A stretch of 54,610 bases of DNA from positions 1 through 54,610 of the forward strand of contig MU626396.1 of the NCBI GenBank assembly GCA_025603075.1, given 5' to 3'. This document shows, piece after piece, positions 25,336 to 37,057 of this stretch; position 1 is the stretch's first letter; every line of letters begins with the position of its first letter. The position numbers and the translations under genes are program-made. The stretch is from Neoconidiobolus thromboides FSU 785 (taxonomy: Eukaryota; Fungi; Entomophthoromycota). Below the pieces are notes generated by a model that saw nothing but the letters and a program-made list of their open reading frames with translations, was not told the origin of the DNA and did no database searches.

Positions 25336-26148
25336 TTTTATATTATAAATTAATTAAATTAATATTAAAGGGTGTTTAATATAATCCCACATTTTGCGAG
25401 GTTTTTATACTTTTCAATGAGCAAGCATTTGTGATAGTTACAATATAATTTTATATTTATATGATCAGATTACTTAATAGAAGTAGGCTTAAAGAATAGT
25501 CAAATTGTTTATTATAGACACATCCAATAGGAATACACTTACCGCTCTTATTTTATTGAAATGTTCTTTATTTTAATTAAAGTATATTCTATAGCTTCGT
25601 CTTTCTTATAATATATTCCTACTTCTTAATCTTCAAATGCAGTTACTTAATTTATTAATTGAAAATTGCACTAATTTGAAGACAAAATGGAATATTTTCA
25701 TCATGGGAAAAAAAGTGGAATTCTTTATTTTTTATTAGAGAATACTCGGAAGTAGCGTGGTTTATTAATACCTTAAATTAAATTAGTGATGTGGAAATCA
25801 ATTATTATCCTCCTTTTTATTAGGAAGAAATATATTCATTTATCTCTATTTCAATCACTACTTTTTATCCACACTCTCTGTTTTTTTTTTATCTTCACCT
25901 TCTTGTTTATTTCAAATTTTAAAAATCCAATTTGCTATTTATGGTAACTATTTATATGCTAATTGATGATATAACACTTGTTAACATTAGTTAATTATAA
26001 ATATTATGTTTGATTCGAAATAACAATCCCTATTAAATACCTAAAATGTATCATACATAAATCCCTTTAACCCTAATGATAATTTTCAGTTTTAATTTAT
26101 TGATTAGTATCATAAGTTATCAAAAAAGTACATTTAATAAAATAATGT

Positions 26149-26184
26149 TATAAAAACATTATAAAAACACTATAAAAACATTAA
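26149..26184. repeat. Short tandem repeat, ~12-bp unit (T/C)TATAAAAACA x3
   Basis: ttataaaaacattataaaaacactataaaaacatta read directly. Confidence 0.55.
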
Positions 26185-26320
26185 TAATAATATAAACAGA
26201 TAGTAGATGCAGAAAAAACAAAGTTACAAAATACAATTTCTTTAACTTTTTAATACATTTAATTCTAAAAAAAATAGCTAAATTATAAGATCTTATTTAT
26301 GACTCTTTCTTTCTAATAAT

Positions 26321-26420
26321 ATATGGGGATACTTTTTGTCTTCACTTATATCTTTTAAGCACTACTTGGATGGAAAAATTGTTAATGAAATTCTTAAGCA
26401 TAAAAATATATCCCTATATA
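26321..26420 (-). mobile_element. ~100-bp MITE family, copy 5
   Basis: TA|TGGGGATAC...TATCCCTA|TA; reverse complement matches the core. Confidence 0.78.
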
Positions 26421-26859
26421 CTAATTTATTATTATTAAATTTCAACATTTATAATAGAAAAAAGAATAATAAATGTGAATCAATTATCCTTTATTATGAA
26501 GCTTGTATTCTAAAAACGATAATGTTTTATACAATGAATATAAATACAATTTACATCAAACCTATTATATAACAGTTTTTAACAATATCACTTGTAATTT
26601 TATAAACTAAATAATTATAGTTTAAGTTACTTTAATTTTACTTAATTTAAAGGTTTGAGCTAATTTACTCATAAAAAAACAATATACTATTGAATATTAT
26701 AGACTTTAGGAAGATTAAAAACATTACCTTCATAAACAGTTATTGGCTGTATAATAGTTAATCACATAAGAAAAGCAAAAAATTAAATGACACCAACAAT
26801 ATGCAAAAGGAATATACATTTTAATCAAGGATCTCAAACACCTACTGTGGTTCCATACT

Positions 26860-27340
26860 ATATGTGGTATATATATGCTGTTCTTATTCTCAATACAAAA
26901 ATCGGGTAAATATTTGATTTTGGGGATAAATATACTTTTAGTATTTTTTTAATAAATAAATCAGTAAATTTTTAATTACTTCCCTTTTTTCTTATTTTAA
27001 CCATATATGATGCTATCGCTGCTATGTTACTTTTATAGCTGCTTAGACCAATTTCAATTATATTAGTGAATAATGCTATTGATGTAATAATTTTATGATC
27101 CGTTTTATTGAATAACACTTTTTTACATTTATTAAAAATAGTTTAGTTAATCGCTATATTACCATGAATGTATACTGCCTCTTTGCTAGTATACTTTATT
27201 AGCTTATATAATCCTTTGGAACATTAGGAAAAGTTTGAAAGGTCATTAAAATCCAAGACATATTTGATAATATTTATTGCTATTTCAGTTGACAGTATGT
27301 AAAATGAGTATTTTGATTGAAAGTTTATAGCTTGTTGATT
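26860..27340 (-). pseudogene. Degenerate F-box-like gene relic A
   Basis: ILSTEIAINIIKYVLDFNDLSNFS*CSKGLYKL (F-box-like pattern, in-frame TAA at 27226-27224), then NKTDHKIITSIALFTNIIEIGLSSYK, homologous to the 33.5-33.9 kb relic. Confidence 0.5.
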
Positions 27341-27958
27341 ATTTATTGGTAAAATGATTTTGTATTCCTAAATTAAAATAAAAAGTTACGAAGAAACGGT
27401 TTTTTAAATTTATAGTCTTTATATATTGTTGGGTGAACCATATGATCTTTTATTAACAAAACTGGTTATTTCACTATCATTTTATATAGCAATAAATAAT
27501 ATAAAAAAGCTGTGCACTAAATTTAAAAAGGCAATGTATTAGTATTTTGATATTTTTATAATTTCCTTCAAAATAATATCAACAATAAAAAAATCAAACA
27601 GTAGCATTAATATGAATATTTATATTATAATAAATCTTATTTGATAAATATATTGAAAATGCTTAACAAAAACAATGATATTATCTAAAAGTGTTGCATA
27701 AATATCATCTTTTTTTATCTTTCATTTTTGATCCAAAGCATCTTATTAATTTGTTTCTTAAAGACATACCACCTCAAAAGCGCTATACCAAAGAAATTAA
27801 TAATAAAGTTATAAATAACTAACATGTATAAAAATATTGATACTTTTTTAATTGCTCCTTTGATTTAAATAATAATAAAATGTAAATTTTATAGTTTTTT
27901 TTTAAATTTTTTATTTAAATCTAACCTTCCTATTTTTTCATATGTTAAAACTGAATCC

Positions 27959-28381
27959 TTAAAGCGAAACTTTGCTATCAACCTTGCCCGCTTTTACAGT
28001 GCTATTACCAGGGATAACTTTAATCATAGAAATATCATGATTAGGTAAATTTTCCACTACATTTTTCAACTCATTACTTGCATCTGATAAACTAACGATT
28101 CTTACTGAACTCATAACGTCATTAGCTTCATCCACAACGTCTCCAGCAGGTTTATTTAAATACCAAACATCTCCGCTGCAATCTGCATCAGCGTATATAT
28201 AAACCTTTTCCCAGGTCATAACTTCATCCCATGAAGTCATTTTGTCATTAAACCAAGCGGGAACATTAGTGCATCCTGGATTAAATACACTCCAAGACCA
28301 ACCAGATCTACCCCCATCTTGATAAAAGCAAAGAGATTTAACAGCAGTGACAAGCGCAATTAAAAAATAAAGGTAAAGCAT
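27959..28381 (-). CDS. Secreted beta/gamma-crystallin-fold protein 1 (~140 aa)
   Basis: Signal peptide MLYLYFLIALVTAVKS; two Greek-key-type repeats with NDxxT/S-S signatures (FNDKMTSW; ANDVMSSVRIV) and CFYQD.G / IYADADCSG; likely ATG at 28381. Confidence 0.8.
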   Translation of the reverse strand: MLYLYFLIALVTAVKSLCFYQDGGRSGWSWSVFNPGCTNVPAWFNDKMTSWDEVMTWEKVYIYADADCSGDVWYLNKPAGDVVDEANDVMSSVRIVSLSDASNELKNVVENLPNHDISMIKVIPGNSTVKAGKVDSKVSL

Positions 28382-29008
28382 TTTTTTTGTTGACCTTATT
28401 TTATAAAAATTCAAACTATATATACTTTTCTATTGAGTAGAGTTTAAAGAATAATAAGCCACCAGAAGATAGCAAAATTCATATCAAATCATTATATTTG
28501 GCTAAATATTACACTAGAGCTATAAGTATTTTCTACCAGGAAGAATTTCAATAAAACCAGATTTTAGTCGAAGCGCACTATATTTAAACATTGTGCAGTT
28601 GATAAGATATATATTTTGTAGAATATGAAGTATACAAAGAAGTAATAAGCACAAAATTATATCCTGTGAACTTCAAACACATTACTAAAACTTGTTATTT
28701 TGGTTTGAAATTCCATCAGCTGTTTAAATCAAAGTTTTAATTTAATCCTTAATTCTAATATTTCAAAAAGTAGTGATTCAAGATATTTTATTAAACTCAC
28801 TATATTTAAAACGATAACGTTACCATTACTGTTTTTTATTTGATTTTAAGAATAGAGCTTTTAAATTAGCTAATACGATTTATATTTTGTATTATGATAT
28901 TAGGTATATAAATAATTTAAAAAATTACAAAAATATTTGTAAAAAAGAATTCACATTGTAAACAATATTTAGTTTGAGGTAAAAACAGACTCTATAATAG
29001 AGTCATTA

Positions 29009-29082
29009 TGTTTCCGTCCAGATTCGAACTGGAGACCTTCTGTGTGTTAGACAGATGTGATAACCAACTACACCACGGAAAC
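29009..29082 (-). tRNA. tRNA-Val(AAC), identical to 7053-7126
   Basis: Reverse complement is identical over 74 nt to the first copy. Confidence 0.97.
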
Positions 29083-29173
29083 TCAAGCTTCTTAATTTGA
29101 CTGTAAATATAATAATAATTACTTTTATTTTGCGTTTTATTTGGCTGGAAAGAACCAGCTTTTTATGAGTCAA

Positions 29174-29278
29174 TATTAGAGATGCTTTTTTTAGCTTTAT
29201 CGTCTCTTCCATCTTTTGAGCACTATTTGAATGGAAAAATTATTGGCAAAATTCTTACATGAAAACATATCCCTATAT
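29174..29278 (-). mobile_element. ~100-bp MITE family, copy 6
   Basis: TAGAGATGCTTTTT...CATATCCCTATA; core GAGCACTATTTGAATGGAAAAATTATTGGCAAAATTCTTA. Confidence 0.72.
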
Positions 29279-30876
29279 GTAGATAAAATAAATTTAAGCT
29301 TGATATGACCCAAAACAAGCTGGTGGAATAATTAGAAGACCTACAACAGAATTCTTATATCCTCATGTTTGAAGTAGTATTAGAGATTTTCCAAAAAGCT
29401 AAATCCTGTATGTAAGTTTACATATATGATTTATAAGAATAAATGTGTTCCTATTTAAAATTTACCTCTTTAGAAAATGTGGCACCTGATTTTGGCGTTT
29501 TTATTCAATCACTTTAGTTGTGTTTATAAAGCGTTTAAGACAGTATAATATTAAAAAATGCATTAAAAGTTAAACCATTATACAGCATATCTAATTCAAC
29601 CCAAGCCATTGCTTTAGTCAATAATTGCTATTGACAACTTCAAAAACTTGAGACTCAATAATAACTACACCCATTCATAAAAACATAATTAAAGAATATT
29701 TTCATTTATTTATTTATAGATTTATAAAGTAGGGTTATAAATAAGATTATATATGCTGTTCTATTATCTACGATTATGAGCAGCTATATCCTACAAAATG
29801 AACACCCACAGAAAGAAGACAAAGGATTGAATATCATAAATCAAAGTCACTGTGATAAGATCAAACTATATAAATACAAATTATATATATTCATAATTCA
29901 GATGACTTTAATGTACAACTTTTACGTTAAATATATACATTAAGCTAATAATTGGTTTTGAAGCAAGGAATTTTATCGTTTTTTGTTGGGGAATATACTA
30001 CAGTTTTTTTGTTTCTCCTATGTTAACTATATATAACTGTTTTGTCTATACTGTCTTTGTTACTAGTAAAATTAACATCAGATAGGCTAGTAGGTATTTC
30101 TACTGATAAAGAGCATTATGATCCTTTTTTTAAACGTTACTTTTTTATAATACTGATTATTTTTGAACTAACTGTTATGTTGCTGTATACATTTGTCACT
30201 TAGTTATTGGGGCACTTTGTTATTCTAACTCTCTGAAATATCAAGAAAGATTTAAATTGTAATTAAAGCTGGAGATACACTCAACAGTTTTGTCGCTAAT
30301 CGAGCGAATCACTTATATAATCAAGACCTAAGTGATGGATTTATACCTTGCCCAACTCCCATCGTCAAATTTAGTAAATTTTATATCTTCCGAATTAAAT
30401 TGAAAGGGGAAAAAGAAAGGCTCTATAGTTTTTATAGCTTTTACAACTTCCTCAAAGCACCATCTTAACAGCAATTAGATATTTTTAGTGATAACGACTA
30501 AACTCAAACCAAAAATAGTAATATCAATAAAAGCTCTTTGGTAAATAAGTAAACACTATTGAATTGAAAACATTTAATAAATTAATTATTATCTTTAATG
30601 CTGGCTGACTAGACATACCTCCCTCTACTTACCTTTTTGATTATCAGTACAAAGTGAATTATTTATTCCTCTGCTACACATATATAACACCAAAAGGAAG
30701 TATATGAACGAAGTTCTTTCAGATGGCATTAATAAAAAAACTATATATATCCACTACTACTTTTTTTACTTATAAGTTTTATTTAGATAATCAAAGATAA
30801 TACTTCAAATTGATATTTTTTTATGAATTTATTTTAAATTTCCCAATTTACTTTTTCACAAATCAAACCTCCAACC

Positions 30877-31302
30877 TTAAAGTGGAACTTTACTACTACT
30901 ACCGTTCGTCTTTATATTAGTACTATTAGAAGTATTGGTTGTCATAGAAACATTATGATTAGCTGGATTGCTTTCTACATCTCCTACTTCAGCAAGCCTT
31001 GGCCTACCTTGAATAATCTTCAAAGAAGTCATTCTATCATTGAGTTCGTTTGGAACATTTCCTTGGGATGTTGGTATAAGCATTTTGTCCCCTTGGCAAT
31101 CGGCATCAGCATATATTACTGATGTATAAGCCTCTACATAAGCAAGGCCCCATGAAGTCATTTCATCATTAAACCAATCAGGTACATTGTAGCATCCTTT
31201 ATTAGATTGACACCACCTTTCACCTTGTTGATCTGCATCTACATAAAAGCAAACAGACTTAACAGTAGCAATAGCTAAAAATAAAAAATAAAAATAAAAC
31301 AT
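30877..31302 (-). CDS. Secreted beta/gamma-crystallin-fold protein 2 (~141 aa)
   Basis: Signal peptide MFYFYFLFLAIATVKS; CFYVDADQQG, FNDEMTSW, IYADADCQG, LNDRMTSLKII; ~45 bp of 5' flank conserved with the 27959 gene; an upstream in-frame ATG at 31341 is also possible. Confidence 0.8.
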   Translation of the reverse strand: MFYFYFLFLAIATVKSVCFYVDADQQGERWCQSNKGCYNVPDWFNDEMTSWGLAYVEAYTSVIYADADCQGDKMLIPTSQGNVPNELNDRMTSLKIIQGRPRLAEVGDVESNPANHNVSMTTNTSNSTNIKTNGSSSKVPL

Positions 31303-32986
31303 AGCTTTTTTGTTAAAAACAAATTCATACAAATGCAACATTTATATACTTCTTTTGAGTAGGGTTTTAAAAAATAATAAGCCATCAACAAGAATAAATG
31401 ATTTAATGAGGCTATGATGGTTGATTAAATAGTAATAAGTCTATAACAGTACATTATTATAAATAAGCAAAGAGAGTTTTCTAAATTAGGTAGAGGTATT
31501 TTAAAATAGATCACATTGTACTCAACAAACATGAAGTTTTACTGCTAATGAATTATAAAAAGAAGTATAGAACCATAGAACTAAAGCTTGTGGACATCAA
31601 ATGCGTAAATTATACTTATAATTATAATTTATGATTTTTTCTGAGAAACTATTTATAATTTAAACTCAACTACTAAATTTAAAATTTGTTTATGAAATGC
31701 TCTACATTAAAATTTTATATGGTCAAAGCCTAATATGAATGTTTCTCTGTTATAAATAGATCAGAATTGATATTATATGTAAACTTATAATGAACCTCAG
31801 CTTTGTATGATTTAAAACCAGTTGATAGAATGATTATAAATGTTATAATAACATTCTAATATGATATTTATTTAAAGAAGTATTACAGGTTTTTTATAAA
31901 AATTTGAAATTGATTTTTTTGGATGTATAATTTACTAAAAAGTGTTCTGTTCCAGTTCAAATTTATTACTGCGAGAATATGATATTGGACTTCAGAACTT
32001 TATTTAATTATTTTAGCATAACTCTTAATTTCAAATGCTTTCATTTGGGTTGTTGAAAGCTTTTGATATTAAAGATAAGTTTACATATAATTTACTTTTA
32101 TCCATATAAAAGTCATTAGTTTATAACATATGTATTATTCCCGTTTTATAAGTTCAAAAAATTATAACAGTTATTAATAAAAATAAAAGTGATCCATTGA
32201 ATAGAAACTATAGCTTGATTTATTATTTTTACTATTATAAACCGTTGGATTCTATATACTGATTATGATAATTAGAATTTGAAGAAACAAATGTCATAAA
32301 ATGTATAACAATTTTAGATAATCCAGTTTATCTTAAATAATCCACACATTTCATAGGGGTTTTGTTGAATCTATACTATTTTTAGCCTCAATACGGACAT
32401 TGATTTAATACTCGATTTTAGAAGAAAACTTTAGATGAATTTATTTTAAAGAATGAATCAGTGCTTTTGCCACTTTTTTTATTGTATCCCTTATTTTAAA
32501 TGGCTCATATAACACAAGTCTAAATGAGTCGACCTTTTAATCCTTAAATCAATTCGACTAATATTGGCAGGTACTATTATGTTTGTACTGATTCGATAAC
32601 TTATTACATTAAATGACATCTCTTTGCTTTTATCTATGGTCTTTAAATTAATATCTATGTCGTCATATATGTCCAAAACTTCATCACTTACCTATGTGAA
32701 TAATCTATACATCTCTTCAAAACGTTAAAGTGAGTTTAAACAACTACCAAAAATGTATATGCTTATAATAATTCTTGTTATTTTAACTATTAAATAGTGA
32801 TACTAACATTTTGATGTTGAATTTGTAACTTTTTCAACATTGATATCATTAATATAATGCTTCTATAGTGATGTACGTTAGGGAAATTATTTGGTGATTT
32901 GTTTTAATCAAGAAAGAATAGCAATGGTAAAAAGAAAATGTATATAATTAGACGATGTTGTGATTGAAAATGGTTTTTTCAAGGAC

Positions 32987-33091
32987 ATACGAGGATGTTC
33001 TTTTTGATTCCATTACTTTTTCTATTTTCTAAGTACTATTTGAGCGGAAAGTTTGTTAGTAAAATTCTTAAACAAAAAATACATTCCCATA
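32987..33091 (-). mobile_element. ~100-bp MITE family, copy 7
   Basis: TA|CGAGGATG...CATTCCCA|TA; retains the terminal CpG. Confidence 0.78.
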
Positions 33092-33449
33092 CTTTGATAA
33101 TGCTAAAGTTGATGCTAAATATCCCAAATACACTAAATAAAGTATCACTAATATTATCATTTAAAGCAATTCTATTCTGTCCACCATAGCCTTTGTTGAT
33201 ATAGCTACAAAAGTGACAACTTTTTTCAATACTGTATTAAAAAACAAATGCCAAAAAATAACCAAAAGACTTATTCAGATTTTAGTGCGCAGTTTTGTTG
33301 TTTATTTGTTATTTCATATAGGGATAAAACAAATATTCTTTTTCTATAAAAAACCATATGGGTTTTTAAATAGTGCATAAAAACTATGAGTATGAAAAAA
33401 TTAACATTTCGTAACTTATAACTTAAACTGAGAATAGATTCAGTAGTGA

Positions 33450-33939
33450 GTGCTAAACAAGCTACAGCCCATTGCCTAAACGTTTAATCTACAGGTTACT
33501 AGATGATATAGTAATAGACATTATAAAATATACACCCAGCTTTGATGAATTTTAGACTTATTCAATACTTTAGAGAACTGTGAAGGTTATGAAATACATC
33601 AATAGAGAAGTGGTACATATCCTTAGTAGTATATCAGACAATTCGTCTATTATCAATAAAGTTAAGACAGTGTTTGATAAAACAGATCATAGGATTATTT
33701 CATTTATTAAATTATTCATCAATGCTATTCAGATAAATTTAAATAGCTATAAAATAGATACAATCACATTTGTACTAAACAGAATGATTAGAATGGGAAA
33801 CAAAAAACAAATAAATAAAAGATTAGTCAGATACCTGCTGAGAAGAATTGATGCAACTATGTTTTTGTCTAAACCCAAGTACTCACCCAATGTGTGTATC
33901 AAAAATAAAAGTGATTTAGATTTAAAAAGAACGATGTAG
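33450..33939 (+). pseudogene. Degenerate F-box-like gene relic B
   Basis: RLLDDIVIDIIKYTPSFDEF then DKTDHRIISFIKLFINAIQINLNSYK...LSKPKYSPNVCIKNK, colinear with relic A; frame broken, no ATG start. Confidence 0.5.
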
Positions 33940-34685
33940 AAGCATATATCTGTAGAACATTTAGTCAAAATTGATAAATATAGTCCTCACATATGTAACT
34001 TATACTCCATACATTTTCACCATCCTTATTATCAAAATCATTTTGTACCAAATGGCTGTTGATGATGGAAAGAATGTCAAACCAGGTCTGTTTCTTATAC
34101 AAAGGTCTAGCTCGTTATTTCTATCAAAAAAATTAAGCTTGTGATTTATTTACCATTTATTTAATACAATGCATTTATAATCAAATGATAACTTTGTGAA
34201 TTTAAAAAGTATAATAATGATAAATTATAAAATAACAGTTTCAATGTCAAATAAGTCTATATAAAATCTGATGCATAATAATGCTTTTTAGTAATCAACG
34301 TTAAAATATTTTCTATAAAATTGATAAAGTCAAGAGCAACATTGGAATAATTGTACAATAAAGCTATGAAATTAAAACTCACTGTTTTTATTTAGAAAAT
34401 TTAGCCTCTAGAGTAACTATCTGCTAAATATTAAAGTGGTGTATGAAATTCTTGACTAATTAGCAAGGTAGAAATGGAGATGTCAAAAGCTATATTTTTA
34501 TAAAAATTAAAAGTGTTAAATGAGAACAAATTTATTTTAGCAATTATACAAAATTGCAAACGTGATAATTTTCTCAACTTTTTACAGAATTCTGTAATAT
34601 TTCTCTAAATACGTAACATGCAAGGACATTCTTGTAAATTTTCTAATTGTTCATCCAACTTATGCCCAACACATTAATCCAAGCC

Positions 34686-34790
34686 TATGGGGATATATTC
34701 TTTTTTTAAGAATTTCGCTAATAATTTTCCCGCCAAAATAGTGCTTAAAAGATGGAAAAAATGATGAAGCCAAAAAAACATCCCCATATA
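34686..34790 (+). mobile_element. ~100-bp MITE family, copy 8
   Basis: TA|TGGGGATA...AAAAAAACATCCCCA|TA. Confidence 0.8.
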
Positions 34791-35526
34791 TTATTTCTTT
34801 ACTTTTATTTAATTTGTATATTATTTAGCAAGTTTTTGTTTTTATTTTTATTGAATCTTGATGAAACGGTTGAATTGTTAAGTAAATATTACACAATAAG
34901 CTTAATTTACTCTTTAATTTTTTATTTATTTTTAATAATAAGTTGTAAATTGATATTTTATTATTAATAGCTATTTTTAATTAATCACATTAATTTTTAC
35001 TTATATTAGATCCAAAACTTTTTTATTTATCAAAAGAACATACTAAAGCTATGGTCAGTAATAATCCTATCTATTGGTTTTTATTTATTGTTTCCTTTAA
35101 AGCATTAGTTTTATATATTATTTAATTAAGCCTACTATTATTAATAGTAAACTTTGATAATATTTCTTTTCTTTTTTTTTGTTTTATTATAAATTCTATA
35201 AACTCTGGATTATTATAAATAGTTGTTAATATTAATATAAATGAATTACAATGTTTATATTGTGTGCTTTTCCCTGTTGTATTAAAATTTTTGAAAATTC
35301 TGCTTCGAAGTTTAGTTATAAAAGCTTGCATTTTATTTTTATTTTGATAAAAAATATAGTCAAGTAATTACATTTATATATTATATATAGCAAACATTCG
35401 GAAAAAATAATACAAAACGTATGATTGGAAAAATTATTTAAAAATAATACAATTAAAACAAGTTTAATTTTTTTGTTTGATTTTAAGCTTTCTAAATTTG
35501 AAAACTAAAATTTGATTAATTTTTAT

Positions 35527-36168
35527 CTAAATTCTGAAACTAATTTGGACATCCTCATTAGTTTCTACTTCTTTTTTGACCATTTGGATACTCTTTTTTA
35601 CACATGAACTTTCGCAATCTTTCATACTTTCAAATACAAGATACCCGTCACTGCATCTACTATGGTTTGCTTCAATACATTTACCTATAGCTGAGTCAAA
35701 ATGGAAAGAGTTTACCATCATAAAACACACGCTACGTTTGGTTTTAATAAAACATTTATCATCTAATTTTTCCAACTCAGGTGATAGGTTTTTGGGCTTT
35801 TTAACCTGATAAGCAACTCCCATCCTTTCCCTCTTTGATTTGATTTGAGTAGCTGGTTTGGCAGTGTTTTTAACGCATATGGCTTCACACTCTTGCATAG
35901 TACTAAAAGCTAAGCATCCATCACTACAGCCACGATGAAAGCCTTTAATATATTTACTTGTAGCTTGGTCAAAGTGATAAGATGGGTCAGCAGCACGACA
36001 TTGACCAGGCTGGGTTTCGACAAAGCATCTCTTATCTAAGTTTTCATACTGAGGATTGCTGGTAGCTTTGATTGCTTTACATCCGCTTTGTTGGAAATTA
36101 GGTAAAGTTTTAGAACTACTTATAGTCAATAAGGCAAGTAAAGTAAAAGTTCTAAGTACAATTCTTAT
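35527..36168 (-). CDS. Tandem two-domain Kunitz/BPTI-type protease-inhibitor-like secreted protein; possibly pseudogenised (ATA at the expected start)
   Basis: Both domains show canonical Kunitz Cys spacing C-x8-C-x15-C-x7-C-x12-C-x3-C (domain 1 has Tyr at the third Cys); upstream in-frame IRIVLRTFTLLALLTISSS is signal-like but begins with ATA (36168-36166), and no in-frame ATG is seen. Confidence 0.72.
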   Translation of the reverse strand: MRIVLRTFTLLALLTISSSKTLPNFQQSGCKAIKATSNPQYENLDKRCFVETQPGQCRAADPSYHFDQATSKYIKGFHRGCSDGCLAFSTMQECEAICVKNTAKPATQIKSKRERMGVAYQVKKPKNLSPELEKLDDKCFIKTKRSVCFMMVNSFHFDSAIGKCIEANHSRCSDGYLVFESMKDCESSCVKKSIQMVKKEVETNEDVQISFRI

Positions 36169-36532
36169 GTTCAGTTTTTTAAATTTATAAAATCGATGTT
36201 TGCTTATACTACTGTATTCTAATTGTTTTTCTAAACACTGTACATTTATCTCACCTGCTTATACACTTTTTTTAATCCTCATATTAGTCAATTTTGATTA
36301 TTGTTTGACTTATTAGATGTTATTTAAATATTGGATCAAGTAATATAGATACGTTATCTTCTACTAAGAACTATCATCATTAACAGCTCCAATCTATACT
36401 TTATTTATAATTTAATATAAAGCGTTATAGAATTCTGAATAAAATTTAAAGTAAAAAACAATAGCTTGAACACAGCATTTTTATGCTTTACCCTCCTTTA
36501 TTTAAGTTTATTTTAATATTGTTATTTTTAGC

Positions 36533-36637
36533 ATATAGGGATGTATTTCTTTGTTCAAGGGTCTTAGTAACAATCTTTCCACTCAAATGGCGCTTAAAAA
36601 ATGGAAAAAGTGATGAAATCAAAAAACACATTTCTAT
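36533..36637 (+). mobile_element. ~100-bp MITE family, copy 9
   Basis: TA|TAGGGATGTATTT...; core TCTTAGTAACAATCTTTCCACTCAAATGGCGCTTAAAAA identical to copy 10. Confidence 0.8.
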
Positions 36638-37057
36638 TTGCTGACTGGAAATTAATTGGGATTCTAAAAATTAAACCCGTTTTAAATCTTTGAGATAAAG
36701 TAAATACAATATTTAGGCCCAAGGGTTACAAGAACTCGAGCAAAAAAAGTAAATAGAATTTATTTGCAAGATTACTTGAAATGTTATCATAACTTACAAG
36801 TTATAAGATCATAACAGTATAATATAACACTTATCTAAAAACAACATAAAGTACACTGTAAATAGATTTTATCATAGGAGTTTTATATTAAAAGCATATG
36901 AACTAGAATTATGTAATAAGTAAATAGCTTATTAAATATTAATATCCAATTTGGAAATGTCAGTTTTATTATGGTTTAAAGAGGTTATTAAATAATCAAG
37001 CTTATAGAAGTTTAATTATCTGATCTTAATAAATACAATGGTTACAATATAAAACGA

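Noticed and set aside
26068-26076. TAACCCTAA telomere-like 9-mer
   Set aside because: Isolated, in unstructured AT-rich DNA; treated as chance and used as a caution for the 7765-7773 match
29006-29212. 68-aa ORF on the minus strand
   Set aside because: Reads through MITE copy 6 and tRNA-Val; spurious
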